NCBI GenBank assembly: GCA_964447495.1
Contig: CAYUTF010000005.1
Span: 9,509-73,508, forward strand
DNA from: an uncultured archaeon
GTDB lineage: Archaea; Asgardarchaeota; Lokiarchaeia; Sigyniarchaeales; SOKP01
DNA: 64,000 nt
Direction of reading: 5' to 3'
Part shown: piece after piece, positions 40,657 to 50,502 of the stretch
Layout of the letters: every line of letters starts with the position of its first letter
Position numbering within the stretch: position 1 is the stretch's first letter
The notes under the pieces: generated by a model
Told to the model about the DNA's origin: nothing
Seen by the model: only the letters and a program-made list of their open reading frames with translations
Database searches by the model: none
Position numbers and translations under genes: made by a program

Positions 40657-41862
40657 ATGAAATTAGAACTTAGCGATTTAAACAATGGGTTAGTTTATAT
40701 CGGAGACAAACTCAATGTGAGAACAAAGTTTCACTTTGAAAAGGAAACCCCAATATTATGGTCTGGTATTAAACTACTTGCTCACTCCCCTTGCTTTAAA
40801 GAAATACAAATCGCAAAAAATGAGATTTTCTCTAAAGGCACTTTTGAAGCGGGGGATTATTATCGCGATCGTGCCTTATTAGTAACTAATAATGCTGTAC
40901 CTACAATAAAGAGCCGTAATCTAAATTATGAAATTAAACTTACGCTTCGGCAACCACATCCACTTAATCCTAGTGAAGATGATCTTATAATAAATAAAGC
41001 TCATGATATTACTATCAAAACTAAAGAAATGGGTATTCTAAATAAAAAGCCAAACCCTATTTCATTCTCAATGTCGGGATTAAATTTAATGATATCCAAA
41101 GATATTTTCAAACCGGGAGAAACGATGAAAATAAATTTTTCTTCAGAAGAAATTAGACATATCGAAGTGCGATTATTACAGGAAGCAAATATTATTTGTT
41201 ATTGTGAAGCTTACGGTCAAAATTGTAGGAAAGTAGAAATATTACCCCCTGCAATCGCAGGAGATGCAAAGACCTCTGATATAGACAAGGGCTATTTATT
41301 ATTAAAAATTCCTGAAATCGCTGAACCAACTCATAACTATTTATGGGAACCTACAGAAAAAGAGCATTGGGGATTTAATTTTGGAGATTATTCTAAGTGG
41401 TTTCTATTAGTATTAGCGAAACCTATAGTTGGACGAGAAATAATTAAATTTGAAGTTCCTATTATGATTTCAGCATCACCAATCGAGAAAGAAAAAGGAG
41501 ATATCGATCTATTTGCAAAAGCTACAGGAAGTGCACCGTCGTTATTTGAAGGTGTTTCATCCAAATTTCAAAATATTTACAAAATAATATCGATTGATTC
41601 GGATATTGAAAAGTATAGAATACACATTAAAAATATATCAAAGCATAAACTCGAAGGGGTTACCGTTAAACTGATAGGATTACAAGAAGCATTATTCGAA
41701 ACAGCACCAGCATTAACTGGGTTTAAAGAGTGGGATGTTAATGAAGAAAAAGAGGTTGAATACCTTACAAAACAAAACATTACTACGCTAATTTCTCTAT
41801 TTGAGGATAACTCACAGAGATCTATACGAATTCAATCACCTCTCTCTTCGGATTTCTTTTAA
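40657..41862 (+). CDS. Arrestin-like (arrestin N/C, Vps26-like fold) protein with an extra C-terminal domain
   Basis: VYIGDKLN.., GTFEAGDY..., VPT...LNYEIK, ISKDIFKPGETMKIN, IEVRL, IP...PT, FEVPI patterns of two arrestin-type beta-sandwiches (inferred). Confidence 0.6.
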   Translation: MKLELSDLNNGLVYIGDKLNVRTKFHFEKETPILWSGIKLLAHSPCFKEIQIAKNEIFSKGTFEAGDYYRDRALLVTNNAVPTIKSRNLNYEIKLTLRQPHPLNPSEDDLIINKAHDITIKTKEMGILNKKPNPISFSMSGLNLMISKDIFKPGETMKINFSSEEIRHIEVRLLQEANIICYCEAYGQNCRKVEILPPAIAGDAKTSDIDKGYLLLKIPEIAEPTHNYLWEPTEKEHWGFNFGDYSKWFLLVLAKPIVGREIIKFEVPIMISASPIEKEKGDIDLFAKATGSAPSLFEGVSSKFQNIYKIISIDSDIEKYRIHIKNISKHKLEGVTVKLIGLQEALFETAPALTGFKEWDVNEEKEVEYLTKQNITTLISLFEDNSQRSIRIQSPLSSDFF

Positions 41863-41915
41863 TTATCATCTGTTGATTAATTTCAACTTTAAAAACTTTA
41901 GATGAAGCGAATAAA

Positions 41916-42722
41916 ATGAATAAATCTGAAATGCTCAAGTTTTTCTTTGATGATCCAAAGTCTAAAGGAATCGAGAAACAATTAGATAATAATAGACTTC
42001 AATATTTTTATTTTAAAGACGATTTAAGTATACATACGGAAAAAAAGGAAGTATTGAATGGATGCTTATTAAAAGGACAATGTGAATTAAAATTTGAAAA
42101 TTTCACTTTTAAGCTTGATCAATTTGATCTATTTTTTTTACCTCCTGAAAAGGAGATATCAATTCACTTAGATTCTAAAATTAAGCATCAAAATAAAATA
42201 TGTCTTTATTATAGTCGAATTAAAGATACTGTGGAGGCAAAATTCGAGATACAACAATTTTCTTTGGATAAATTTATTCCAAGAGGAGAATTTAGCTCAG
42301 AAACAAAAATGGCTACATATCGTACAGTTTGGACTGCATTTAAAAACGGCTACTTTATGTCTGGATTTACAAATATACCTAAAAAGGCTCTAAAGCAAGG
42401 TGTAGTAACCAGTGTTAATATAGAATCTCCATCTGATGAGGATAAGGAAATTTTTCCACATATACATCCTGATTTTCCAGAAGTCTATATCTTTTGTATT
42501 GATGATGATAATTATGCGGTTACCCAATATTTAATAGATGATGCGGGAAAATCGGTCTGTCAAGATATACCCGATGGAGGAGGTGTATTTTTTCCCGGAT
42601 ATCTTGGGCATTTAAATTTTGCAAAACCATTTGGTAAAAATATTAAATATTGTATGTATCTATGGTTTATATCAACGCAAGGAGAAACTCACACTGTAAA
42701 TCCTATAACGCTTAGAGTGTAA
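41916..42722 (+). CDS. Bicupin protein, KduI/IolB-like isomerase
   Basis: DLFFLPP; PHIH...PEVYIF metal motif; GH. Confidence 0.55.
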   Translation: MNKSEMLKFFFDDPKSKGIEKQLDNNRLQYFYFKDDLSIHTEKKEVLNGCLLKGQCELKFENFTFKLDQFDLFFLPPEKEISIHLDSKIKHQNKICLYYSRIKDTVEAKFEIQQFSLDKFIPRGEFSSETKMATYRTVWTAFKNGYFMSGFTNIPKKALKQGVVTSVNIESPSDEDKEIFPHIHPDFPEVYIFCIDDDNYAVTQYLIDDAGKSVCQDIPDGGGVFFPGYLGHLNFAKPFGKNIKYCMYLWFISTQGETHTVNPITLRV

Positions 42723-42866
42723 AAAGAGACACTATTAATAATTTACAATAATTATATAATTTTGCTTGCCTGATTCGAATCTCGATGAATTAGTATATAA
42801 TATTATATCGAAAACTATTTCTAAAGTAAACAATTTCAATAAATAAGCTAAACATTAATACCCTCA

Positions 42867-44357
42867 TTGATAATTTTGTCGAATATGAATATAATTCACA
42901 CCTTTTTATATCCTAAATCAGTTGCTGTAATAGGTGCTTCGAAAAATCCCTTAAAAGGAGGGAATCGAATTGTAAATAATCTTGTGAACAATAAATTTAA
43001 TGGTAAGGTTTACCCAGTAAATCCAAATGCCAGTGGAGAGATTTATGGATTGGAATTCAAAACCTCGGTGTTAGATATCGATGATGATGTTGATCTTGCT
43101 ATTTTTTACGTTCCAAATCGCATGATTCCTAATTTATTGAAAGAGTGTATTACAAAAGGCATAAAAGGAGCCATCATTGAGGCGTCTGGATTTGAAGAAG
43201 TTGGTGAATTAGGTCTTCAACTTAGAGATGAAATTCTGGAAATAACTGATAATTTCAACAAGATTAAAATAGTTGGTCCGAATTGCATGGGATTGACTAG
43301 AATAGATCATAACAGTAATTCTGAAAATAAGGGAGGTTTTTTCAGTAGTTTTGGTGTCTTTTCATATTACAATACAGGAAATATTGCAGTAATAAGTCAA
43401 TCTGGGATGCTTAATGGAGGTTATTTAATGCATATCTTCGCTAAATATCCTAAAATAGGTTTCAGATACTCTATTTCAATTGGAAATAAAATGGATCTAG
43501 GAGAAAATGAATTCTTAGAGTATTTAATTGACGATCCTAAGATAAATGTAATTGCTATTTATTTAGAATCTTTTAAAGACCCTAGAAAGTTCCTTGAATT
43601 ATGTAAAAAAGTAAAAATCAGGCATGATAAGACTATAATTCTTGTCAAAGGCGGAGTTTCGAAACTAGGACAAAAAGCCGCACACAGTCATACTGGAACT
43701 CTTGCTGAAAATTCTAGGTTAATTAATGCTGTTATTAAACAGGCAGGTATTATTCAGGCAAATAGTTTTCATGAATTATTTCAATATGCTCAAACTTTTT
43801 CAATGATATATGCAACTAAGAAAAGTTTTCCAATCAAGGGGAATGCAGCGATGGTTGCCGGTTCGGGAGGAGCAGGTACTATAACAGCAGATTTAACCAA
43901 TAAACATGGGTTAGATTTTCCAATGTTAAGTAAAGAAACATATGATATACTGTTGAGTGTTTTTCCCGAATGGATGCCCCCAAATAGGTTTTCATTAGTT
44001 GATATTTGGCCTGCTATGGAAAAAGCGATGATGAATGACGTAAATCCACAGGTTGTAACTGCTAAGGTTTATAAAGCATTAGTAGCTGATAGTGATATTG
44101 AAGGGGTGTTCAATATGTTATTTTGCTCACCGCTATATCGTCAATTTAATAATTTAGAAAATATCATAGACGAGCTAAGATATAACCCTAAACCTTTCTT
44201 TTTTTGGTTAATAGGCGATAAAAAAGAAGTAGAAAAAACATCGCGCTTTTTAAGTGAACATGATATCCCAGATTTTCCAAGTTTGGAAGATATGGTTAAA
44301 AATTTTGAAATTTTGGTACAAGAAGCAAGAAATAAGGATAATACAAAGGGTAAATAG
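42867..44357 (+). CDS. Acyl-CoA synthetase (NDP-forming) alpha-subunit-like, CoA-binding
   Basis: PKSVAVIGAS, VYPVNP, GPNCMG, SQSG, GNKMDL, SHTG phospho-His motif, SGGAG. Confidence 0.88.
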   Translation: MIILSNMNIIHTFLYPKSVAVIGASKNPLKGGNRIVNNLVNNKFNGKVYPVNPNASGEIYGLEFKTSVLDIDDDVDLAIFYVPNRMIPNLLKECITKGIKGAIIEASGFEEVGELGLQLRDEILEITDNFNKIKIVGPNCMGLTRIDHNSNSENKGGFFSSFGVFSYYNTGNIAVISQSGMLNGGYLMHIFAKYPKIGFRYSISIGNKMDLGENEFLEYLIDDPKINVIAIYLESFKDPRKFLELCKKVKIRHDKTIILVKGGVSKLGQKAAHSHTGTLAENSRLINAVIKQAGIIQANSFHELFQYAQTFSMIYATKKSFPIKGNAAMVAGSGGAGTITADLTNKHGLDFPMLSKETYDILLSVFPEWMPPNRFSLVDIWPAMEKAMMNDVNPQVVTAKVYKALVADSDIEGVFNMLFCSPLYRQFNNLENIIDELRYNPKPFFFWLIGDKKEVEKTSRFLSEHDIPDFPSLEDMVKNFEILVQEARNKDNTKGK

Positions 44358-44384
44358 CTCTGTATAATACTTTGATTTCTTAAT

Positions 44385-45092
44385 TTAAAGAGAATAGCAT
44401 ACATTTTCTGTACTATTATTCTCTATTTTTAATATTTCCTTCTTTAGAAATAAACTTCTAAAAAATTCTACATTATTTATCATTGGAGGTAAGGGGGGCA
44501 AATTTACTCCTCCAGATTTTAAATAGTATAACCTTGGAATCAACCCAATGAGATCTCTATATGAAGTCACCATTTTCATGATTTTATGCCAAGACTGCCC
44601 CGCTTTAAAATTAACATCATTAGTTAATTCAAAATACACAATATCTAAATTTAGAAATAAGAAGACTTCTTTTTTTACATCATAAATCTTCTGAAGACGA
44701 GTTATAATATTCTTTTTTAATGAATCATATTCTAATCCAATTTGATGGTTTATCACTTCAAGGATTTTTGCTAAAACCAAAGCTGCTGTATCGTTATGAA
44801 TAACCCAATTTATAGGCACTAATGAGAGTTTGGGGAATAATCTTGAAATAACCTCAATACTTATACTCCTCACCAGAGAGCTCTCATCAGATAGCATGCA
44901 ATTTTCAAGAATTTTGAAAATATATGCTCCTTTTAATTCTAATTTACCTATAATCTCAATGCATTTGGTTCGTATATGGATATTATCACTTTTTTCTAAT
45001 AATGAAATTAGAATATCAGTAGCAGCTTTTTGATTTAAATTGTCTTTTAATACTTCATAATACACTTTTTCGGGGGTATATTTCTCTTCCAT
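44385..45092 (-). CDS. HEAT-repeat-containing hypothetical protein
   Basis: IRTKCIEIIGKL, LENCMLSDESSLVRSISI; the end resembles a single LRR start. Confidence 0.65.
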   Translation of the reverse strand: MEEKYTPEKVYYEVLKDNLNQKAATDILISLLEKSDNIHIRTKCIEIIGKLELKGAYIFKILENCMLSDESSLVRSISIEVISRLFPKLSLVPINWVIHNDTAALVLAKILEVINHQIGLEYDSLKKNIITRLQKIYDVKKEVFLFLNLDIVYFELTNDVNFKAGQSWHKIMKMVTSYRDLIGLIPRLYYLKSGGVNLPPLPPMINNVEFFRSLFLKKEILKIENNSTENVCYSL

Positions 45093-45225
45093 ATTTAATG
45101 ATCAAATACTATAAACGTAATTAAATTGTATATTGTTTTGTTTATTGATGATAAAGAATCTAAGATAGCCATTTAATCTTATCCATAAAAGAATAGAAAA
45201 AAAATGAAAGAAATATGTAAAAAAG

Positions 45226-45885
45226 TCAATGAATTGCTGAAACTAATTGGTTCTTGTATAGTTGCTTAAATACTAAACTCAAAATCTCTTCGAATGAATC
45301 TAAGATTCCCTCTCCGTTAAGAGCAATGGTGTTTTTGATATTAATATTCTTGTATTTATAATAATTAATTTGATCCAGGAATACTTTTGGATTGTATTTA
45401 CCTTGTACGTCCTGTTTGTTAAATGCGATAATTTTTGGGATATCTTCAAATTTGTCTTCATAAAAAGAGCATAATTCATTCCAAGAGGTTAAAGTTCGGT
45501 TGAAGGCCTTTTTTTGAGAATCTGCGACAAAGATTATCCCATCAATTGCTCTTAGGGTAATTGGGCGGGTCACAATATAGAAGTCCTGACCTGTGGTGCT
45601 GTAAATATGAATTTTTAATAACCATAGTTCATTTTGAAAAGAAATACTACCATAATCAAAAAATAAAGTACGACGTACTGAACTTTCTATTGATTCTAGT
45701 TTATTTTCCATTCCAAAATGCTTAAAAAGGGATTTAATAGAAGTTGTTTTCCCTGATAAAGCAGGACCGTAATAGACTATTTTAATCTGTATATATTTTT
45801 CTAACCAATCAATAATCATAATCAAATAATATCTATTTGTTATAATTCTAAAAATAGGTTTATAAAAGACTATTTTTTCAGTCAA
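45226..45885 (-). CDS. MglA-like small GTPase (start likely MIIDW, about 45820)
   Basis: KIVYYGPALSGKTT, RTLFFD, TTGQDFY, DGIIFVADSQ, NKQD, ALNGEGI. Confidence 0.88.
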   Translation of the reverse strand: MTEKIVFYKPIFRIITNRYYLIMIIDWLEKYIQIKIVYYGPALSGKTTSIKSLFKHFGMENKLESIESSVRRTLFFDYGSISFQNELWLLKIHIYSTTGQDFYIVTRPITLRAIDGIIFVADSQKKAFNRTLTSWNELCSFYEDKFEDIPKIIAFNKQDVQGKYNPKVFLDQINYYKYKNINIKNTIALNGEGILDSFEEILSLVFKQLYKNQLVSAIH

Positions 45886-46161
45886 TGATAATTATACTCA
45901 ATAGCATAATAAAGCTTGATTAATCGTCTATATCACTCCCAAACCATAATTTTTTTCCTTTTTTTACCCAATTATCAATTCCAACCTTTTTAATAGCTTT
46001 TAAATTTTCTCTACACGAATCACCGCAATATAACCCACAATATCCCAGAAATTCTTTTTTAGTTTTCATTGTATTTCAAGGTTTAAAAAAAGTCATTATG
46101 ATTTATATGAATATTGATACTATATGGTTTAAGACGTGAGTCTGAAAAATAAGATATACAT

Positions 46162-46539
46162 TTAGAGTAAAATTTTGTTATTGTCGACTTTACATGATAA
46201 TAGAGAGCGTAAAACTAAAATTTCGATCTCTTTTTTAAGTGTAGCCTCATCAATTTCTAAAGATTCTTCTTCGCTCAATAATTTAAGTAATTCTTCATAG
46301 CTGATTTCTTTCTTCTCATTTGAAATGTAAAAGATTGATTTTAATATCAATTGCTGATTATATAAAGAACGGACATTTGAATCCAGCTGATATAACTTAT
46401 GAGTTAAATTGTAATTATAACTACTTTCCTTTTCAATGACTTTTAATTTATCCAATATCATCATTGCTCTTTTATAATGTTCTTTTAGCATTAATTCTTG
46501 TACTTCATTTAGCTGGTTGATAAATTCTTGGGAGTTCAT
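46162..46539 (-). CDS. Hypothetical protein (helical N-terminus + wHTH-like C-terminus)
   Basis: 125-aa ORF; ISYEELLKLL...EIEILVLRSLLSCKVDNNKI resembles a PCI/wHTH end. Confidence 0.6.
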   Translation of the reverse strand: MNSQEFINQLNEVQELMLKEHYKRAMMILDKLKVIEKESSYNYNLTHKLYQLDSNVRSLYNQQLILKSIFYISNEKKEISYEELLKLLSEEESLEIDEATLKKEIEILVLRSLLSCKVDNNKILL

Positions 46540-46758
46540 TCTGATAATTGTTATTTTTGTTTGAAAATGTATGCATTAAACAATTTTAACTTATTAAGTG
46601 AAATATTTCATTCGTTTTTAATTTATTAGTCTTTAAGGTTTATATGTTCCAATAAATAATGGCTTCCAAAAAGTATTTCATAAAATATTAAGAAACGCTT
46701 TAAATAGGAGATTTTATTTATATTAATAAGAATAAAATACTTAAAAAGAGGATTTCAA

Positions 46759-46986
46759 ATGGATAAAGAAAAAGTAAAACAAGTTATTGAAAAAATTCGA
46801 CCACAATTGCAAATGGATGGCGGAGACATTGAGCTCATAAGCGTTGAGGATGATGGGACTGTACGGGTAAGACTAATGGGCCATTGTGTTGGTTGTATGC
46901 ATGCACAGCAGACATTAACATATGGTGTTGAAAAAGCTTTAAAACAGTTTGTTCCTGAAATAAAGCAAGTAGTAAATGTAGCCTAA
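46759..46986 (+). CDS. NifU-C/Nfu-type Fe-S carrier
   Basis: IRPQLQMDGGDIEL, GHCVGC. Confidence 0.93.
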   Translation: MDKEKVKQVIEKIRPQLQMDGGDIELISVEDDGTVRVRLMGHCVGCMHAQQTLTYGVEKALKQFVPEIKQVVNVA

Positions 46987-47201
46987 CTCTATTTTAATTC
47001 ATTTTTTTTAGCTTTTCATAAATCTAGTTAATTTATTTATTTGTTCCAATTATTTATATTCATATTTTAAGTATGTTTACTAAAGTAATTTATTTTCTAT
47101 TCCTGTGTAAAATTAGAGTATATAAGATATTTTAATATTCTTTAATAAGTGATTTAAAATATATTAGATCGTATGTGAACTTAATTTAATGTGAGTCATA
47201 A

Positions 47202-48200
47202 ATGGAAGAAAAGGAGTTTCGGAATTATTTAAAAGAAAAAAATGTTGATGAAAATATAATATCTAATTATATTAAAAAACTTCAAAATTATGAAAATTTT
47301 CTCAAGAAAGAAGGTAAAACTCTCGAAACTGTTAACCCAGATGAATTAATAGGATATTCAGACAATCTAGCTTCTACAGATAAAGAATCTGTTCTGGATT
47401 TTCTCCGGGCAATCATCAATTATGCTAACTATTCGAAGAATTATGATTTTATCGTTAAAGTCATAGATATTTCTGAATCTTTTAACGCAATGGATACTCT
47501 ATATACACGAATAGCTGAAGTTCACGGTGAAAATATAAGAAATGATATTTTCAAGGATTTGAATATTCCTGCATTAGGAGTTGATCCCGAAAAGAAACCC
47601 GCATTTACAAAAACAATCATGAAACGCGTGGAAGAAAAATTAGGTGAGGAAGAGTCAATTAATCTTCTTTCACCATGTCTCCACGGAAGACCTCCAGATG
47701 ATATAGAAGGTGATAAAAAGAAACTCAAAGAACTAGGTATTGATGCATTTTTAGAAATGAAACATCAAAAGCTTATTGAAAGGCTTGAAAAGATTCGAGA
47801 TGAGGGAACGTTAGAATTTGCTCAATACGTAGATGATAATGTAATAGATTTTGTAAAAAACGATCAAATGTTTGGTGAGGGTATTAGAGAAGGAAATATC
47901 ATATATGTCAAGAAGTTGCCATACCAAACTAAAGGATTTCTTAATGCAAAAGAAGAAAACATCAAACGTTTTTACATTTGTTATTGTCCTTGGGTTCGTG
48001 GAGCAATGAAAAATAAGTCCGAAGATGAAAGTTTGCGAAATTTCTGCTATTGCAGTGCTGGTTGGTATAAATTGTATTGGGATCAAATTCTTGAACATCC
48101 AATTAAGGCTGAACCTGTAAATACTGCGCTTGATGGGGCATTAGAGTGCAAAATTGCTTTATATATACCTGAAGAAGCCTTAAGGGCTTATATAAAATAA
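47202..48200 (+). CDS. Hypothetical protein with Cys-rich C-terminal (DUF6144/V4R-like) domain
   Basis: CYCPWV, FCYCSAGW, W..IL..P..., G..EC.I. Confidence 0.65.
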   Translation: MEEKEFRNYLKEKNVDENIISNYIKKLQNYENFLKKEGKTLETVNPDELIGYSDNLASTDKESVLDFLRAIINYANYSKNYDFIVKVIDISESFNAMDTLYTRIAEVHGENIRNDIFKDLNIPALGVDPEKKPAFTKTIMKRVEEKLGEEESINLLSPCLHGRPPDDIEGDKKKLKELGIDAFLEMKHQKLIERLEKIRDEGTLEFAQYVDDNVIDFVKNDQMFGEGIREGNIIYVKKLPYQTKGFLNAKEENIKRFYICYCPWVRGAMKNKSEDESLRNFCYCSAGWYKLYWDQILEHPIKAEPVNTALDGALECKIALYIPEEALRAYIK

Positions 48201-48224
48201 AAAAAAGACTAAATTGAATGCGTT

Positions 48225-49061
48225 TTAAGGAAGTCCTGCTTTAGGAATCTCAACTTCTACATATTCTATACGACCTTGGTTTCTAGCATGTGTTGAGGTT
48301 GCTATAAATAAAGTGGTATTATTAATGCCTCCTAAGATGCAAGCATAAGCATCATTTTCTAGTTTCACTTTGTGTGTTATTTTTCCTCCTTCTAATACTC
48401 GAACACATCTATGTCTTCCTGGAGCAGCAACCCATATTCCTCCCTCCTCATCAAGAGATATACCATCTGGTGCTAAAGATCTTAAATTTGCCCATACTCG
48501 TCGATTAGTAAGAGTTCCATCTTCATTTATATCAAAAGCAGTAAGCCTTGCAGCAAAAGTTTCACTAATTATAAGTGTCTTATCATCAGAAGTTATTACA
48601 ATGCCATTTGGAAAAGCCATATCCTCTGCAACAATTTGAAAATTACCATTTGGGAACACCAAAATTAATTCTGCAGGCACAAATGTTGCATTATTAAAAT
48701 AATCAAAGCCAAAATTGCCTATATATGCTCTGCCTTTTTTATCCACGGTCATATCATTTAAGTAAAATGTCGCGTGCTTACTTAAATCTGTCACTTCTTT
48801 TACTCCATCGGAATCAAGTCTTAACAACTTACGATCTTCCATAGAAACAATTAGCAATTTACCATCAGGTAACCATCCTAACCCCGATACCCGATTCGGT
48901 CTTTCGAGGATTAAATCTACATTTCCATTCAAATCAACCGTAAATACCTTATGATCTTCCATATCGGAAAACCACAACTTATCTTCATGCCATCTTGTAC
49001 CCTCTGGGAATTTTAAGCCATCCAGAAGAATTTTAGTTGTTAGTATTGAAGTTTTACTCAT
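48225..49061 (-). CDS. SMP-30/gluconolactonase family protein
   Basis: FPEGTRW, LWFSD, NDMTVD, FPNG, PDGISLDEEGGIWVA. Confidence 0.93.
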   Translation of the reverse strand: MSKTSILTTKILLDGLKFPEGTRWHEDKLWFSDMEDHKVFTVDLNGNVDLILERPNRVSGLGWLPDGKLLIVSMEDRKLLRLDSDGVKEVTDLSKHATFYLNDMTVDKKGRAYIGNFGFDYFNNATFVPAELILVFPNGNFQIVAEDMAFPNGIVITSDDKTLIISETFAARLTAFDINEDGTLTNRRVWANLRSLAPDGISLDEEGGIWVAAPGRHRCVRVLEGGKITHKVKLENDAYACILGGINNTTLFIATSTHARNQGRIEYVEVEIPKAGLP

Positions 49062-49241
49062 ATATTAGTATGAGATGTATTGATATTTATAAATATAATT
49101 TTAAAGCGAGAATAAATGAAATTATATATCTTATAATTATAAGATTGATGTCAATTCTTCTTCTTAATCATTTTCAAAAAGTTAATTATCTTACGTTAAT
49201 TAATAACAAATTAATAACCTAATGAAATTTAAATAAAAATT

Positions 49242-50498
49242 ATGACAGAAAGCAAAAAAAATATCGATGAGAACGATAAAACTTCTGAAGAACAAGGACA
49301 AAAAGCAAAGCGTTCAAGAAGAAAATCTGAAAAAACACGCGGACAAACCTTACAAGAAGCTTTAGGAATTGATGCTCAAGAGATTCAAGATGTTGAAGAG
49401 AAATTATTTATTGCCCGATTTATCGATTATTTTTCTGAAGATCCATTAGATTTTATCTATAAAGACAAAAATACAGAGCAATACTTAAAAAAAGTTAATG
49501 AAAAAGTTGCTCAATTAGACAAGGGAAATGAAGAAGATAAGTTATTAAAGATGAGTTTTGATGATAAACACATCATAGAAACCATCTACAATTTGAAAGG
49601 CAAAGCAGAAGCTCTAGCTCAAAGTAAAGGAATTAAAGGTTCTGCAGATAAGCGTTTAAGATGGTTAAGTTTAGCAATAACAATACCCATGCTAGCTTTA
49701 GTTTTCGTTCTCTCATTATTGAGTATTGACATTATCTTTTTGTTTCCAATCTTATGTGTGTTTTGTATAGTACCTCAATTTCTTAGAAGTTATGTGCTAA
49801 AAAAGTGGTTTACCTTCAAAGAAGAAAGTAAGGATGAAATTTACGCTCAAAATCGTGAAGACATAATGGTACTCAAAAGTTTTGTTGGAGAATTACTCAA
49901 CAATATTAGAGCGAAACTTCTCCAATCAAAGGTTCCATTAAAGTTAATTAAGTTTGTACTTCATAGTAGGGATTATGAAAATTTGAAATTGTTAAATCAG
50001 AGACCTACAAAAGGGTTAACTCAATATTTTTATTCTTTTGAATATCCTGAGGGTATGGAACCTTTTTCAATTCCAGAGAGTCTTAAACAATACGATACCC
50101 CTATTTTTGAAAAAAAAGAGAAAGATAAACCAGAAAAGAATTTTGTAATACTAACAGAAATGAAAGGTAAAGATGGGATAATTGAAAGTTTTGTCCCTAG
50201 TCTAAGAGAGCATTTAGCTGAGAAGATTAATCAGATGCTAAATGAATCTGAATTTTCAAAATCCCCTAAAGAATTCAAAGATATAATTCCTAATTACTCT
50301 GAAAATATGGCTATTTTTTGTGTTTGTGGGGAGATTGTGGAAGTTTCAGACGTTCAAGTGAGTAATTGGAAAGATAAGTTTGAATTTTATTTATTTGAAG
50401 GAAAAGAATGTAAATGTGGAGAGACTATATATGCTCTTTCATTAATGGATGACTCCACTGACGTTCCAGAAGAGTTAAAAGATATTTTCTTTAGTTAA
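49242..50498 (+). CDS. Hypothetical membrane protein with C-terminal Zn-ribbon-like motif
   Basis: Central TM hairpin; CVCGE...CKCGE. Confidence 0.7.
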   Translation: MTESKKNIDENDKTSEEQGQKAKRSRRKSEKTRGQTLQEALGIDAQEIQDVEEKLFIARFIDYFSEDPLDFIYKDKNTEQYLKKVNEKVAQLDKGNEEDKLLKMSFDDKHIIETIYNLKGKAEALAQSKGIKGSADKRLRWLSLAITIPMLALVFVLSLLSIDIIFLFPILCVFCIVPQFLRSYVLKKWFTFKEESKDEIYAQNREDIMVLKSFVGELLNNIRAKLLQSKVPLKLIKFVLHSRDYENLKLLNQRPTKGLTQYFYSFEYPEGMEPFSIPESLKQYDTPIFEKKEKDKPEKNFVILTEMKGKDGIIESFVPSLREHLAEKINQMLNESEFSKSPKEFKDIIPNYSENMAIFCVCGEIVEVSDVQVSNWKDKFEFYLFEGKECKCGETIYALSLMDDSTDVPEELKDIFFS

Positions 50499-50502
50499 AT
50501 AT

